From NCBI GenBank assembly GCA_017654855.1, contig CM030336.1, forward strand, positions 3,162,001 through 3,226,000: 64,000 nt of DNA. The letters run 5' to 3'. Below the pieces are notes generated by a model. It had not been told where the DNA came from. It saw only the letters and a program-made list of their open reading frames with translations, and did not search any database. This document shows, piece after piece, positions 62,333 through 64,000 of the stretch. This DNA comes from Podospora anserina. Taxonomy: Eukaryota. Made by a program: the position numbers and the translations under genes. Positions within the stretch are counted from its first letter, which is position 1. Every line of letters starts with the position of its first letter.

Positions 62333-64000
62333 TCACTGCCTCGGAACATAGCTCAGCCCTCCAGGTTCTCTTGGTGTGAACACGGCGTTGAACGCCCCAG
62401 CCTTCAAGATCAAATTGTCCTTCGACTCCAAGTAGATCCTCTTTCCGTCCTCACCTGGCGCAGAGTTCCAGGTGTAGCTATAGACGGTGTAGGCCAACAC
62501 AAGTCGAACAACGGCCATGCCCATTCTCTTTCCAACACAATTGTTTGGTCCAACCAACCACGGAATGAACGCCTCACGGTCCTTTACAAACTTTGCTTGA
62601 TCCAACCATCTCTCCGGTTTGAACTCTTCGGGCGCCAGGTAAAACTCTTCGCTTCGATGAAGCGCGTATCCCGGCACTCGAACAGCTACACCCCCTGGAA
62701 TGTGAATGCCGTCCACAGTGATCCCCTTAGGTGGGGTAAGTCTCGGTCCGTTATTGGCCACGGGGTTGTCTAGCCTCATCGTCTGCAGCGCTTGTGTTAG
62801 TGCAAAGGTAACAGAGGGACCAGCCGGTCACCAGCAAGCCAGACGGGACTGTATGGACACACCTCATTAATAAGCGCATCCAGAAGCGGGATCTTGGAGA
62901 GGTCTCGGTCTGTGAATTCCTCTGGGATAGTCTCGCCGTAGACCTTCTTGATGTGGGAATGAAGGAGATCCTGATAGACTCGATGGCGGGCGAGGTGGTA
63001 GAAGAGATATGAAAGCACCACGCCGATGGTGTCACTGAGCAGAGGTTAGTTGACTGGAAAGAAAGGTATGAGGCTGAAAGAAACTTACGTAGCCCCAATC
63101 AAGACCAAAGCCGAGTCTGAATAAAAGATATTCTTGTTGAAAAAGGCAATCGGCTTCTCTGATCTCATGTCATCCAAAAAGTGCTGCAGGATGTCCCCCT
63201 TGTTGCTGTCTTCTTCCTGTTGTCACGCACTTTTGTCAGTAACCCCGGTCGAAGATCAATCACTGCCAAGAAAAACTCACCGCAGCCCTCCGATCAGCCA
63301 TCTCCATTGTCAACCGATCAAACTCCGCCGACTCCTTTCCCAAGTTCAGATCCTTAGCAATGCTCAACGGCCAGCAAAGCTCCCCCGTTCGTCCAAACTG
63401 CCCAAACAAGCTCTCCAGCAAATGCAGCATCCTGTTCTCCTCCCCAGCCTCAATACTCCTAAACTCATAGCTGAACCCAACCTTGCCCATGTGATCAAAC
63501 GGGATCAGCAGCGAGAACAACGAAGTGTTGATCGGTTGACCGTTCAAGCTCGCAATCTTGTTCAGCCATCGATGACAGATTTCTCGTGTTTTGGGCTCGT
63601 GGATCGCGAGGGCTATTTCATGTCAGTTCCACATCCTGCCACCAACACCGAGAGACTTACCCTTGGTGGTAAACGCCCTCTCCCAAATCTTCCTTCTCGG
63701 CCCATGCTCCTCCCTGCTAAGCACAGAGTTGAGATTATGCGCCCCCTTGAAGTGAATCACATCGTATATGCCCGCGTTCAACTTGCGGCATCTGCTGTCT
63801 CTGGCATGAATCTTTTGTATCCCCTCTACACTCAACATAAATACCTCGTTGGGTGCGATGCGCACAAAGTTGCCATATTTTTTGAAGAGTTTTGTTTGCT
63901 CGAGGTGCATTTGACCATTGCGCGCGGTGTATGGACCGTATAGCTTTGTTATTTTTGCGAGAAACGGGCCTGGTATGTGTCGGAGGGGGTGGAAGAAGAG
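62333..64000 (-). CDS. Cytochrome P450 (5' end outside window)
   Basis: KKYGNFVRIAPNEV, LDALINE|TMR (ExxR), FKPERW, and heme motif WLVGPNNCVG. Several introns. Confidence 0.9.

Overview
Intron-containing DNA from a filamentous ascomycete. The gene style, CTAAC/CTGAC branch sites, RIP-like mutation and LTR family suggest Sordariales, probably Podospora-like; this is inference. Left to right: (1) the 3' end of a GH11 xylanase; (2) a group of redox enzymes with no backbone synthase in the window (FAD monooxygenase, 2OG-Fe(II) dioxygenase, LovC-type trans-enoyl reductase, CYP505-clan P450-reductase fusion, SDR); (3) an unannotatable three-gene locus of two paralogous small membrane-hairpin proteins flanking a larger glycine-zipper protein; (4) a gene pair encoding an LdpA/LsdE-like SnoaL-fold protein and a lignostilbene-type dioxygenase, with a shared 13-bp upstream motif; (5) a ~12 kb transposon/pseudogene block (RNase H-like pseudogene, truncated LTR, RIP-mutated Fot1/Pot2 element, FHA-kinase relic, PIF1/Helitron relic, solo LTR) around an intact GH43-CBM6 gene; (6) SDR, degenerate tRNA, Thr-rich secreted protein, DUF1996, tyrosinase, GH27; (7) two more solo LTRs with 5-bp TSDs; (8) a Zn2Cys6 TF / VAO-family oxidase / second stilbene-type dioxygenase / P450 cluster. 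A dispersed 21-bp-period minisatellite family occurs at four intergenic sites. All calls come from reading motifs by eye, and exon boundaries are approximate.
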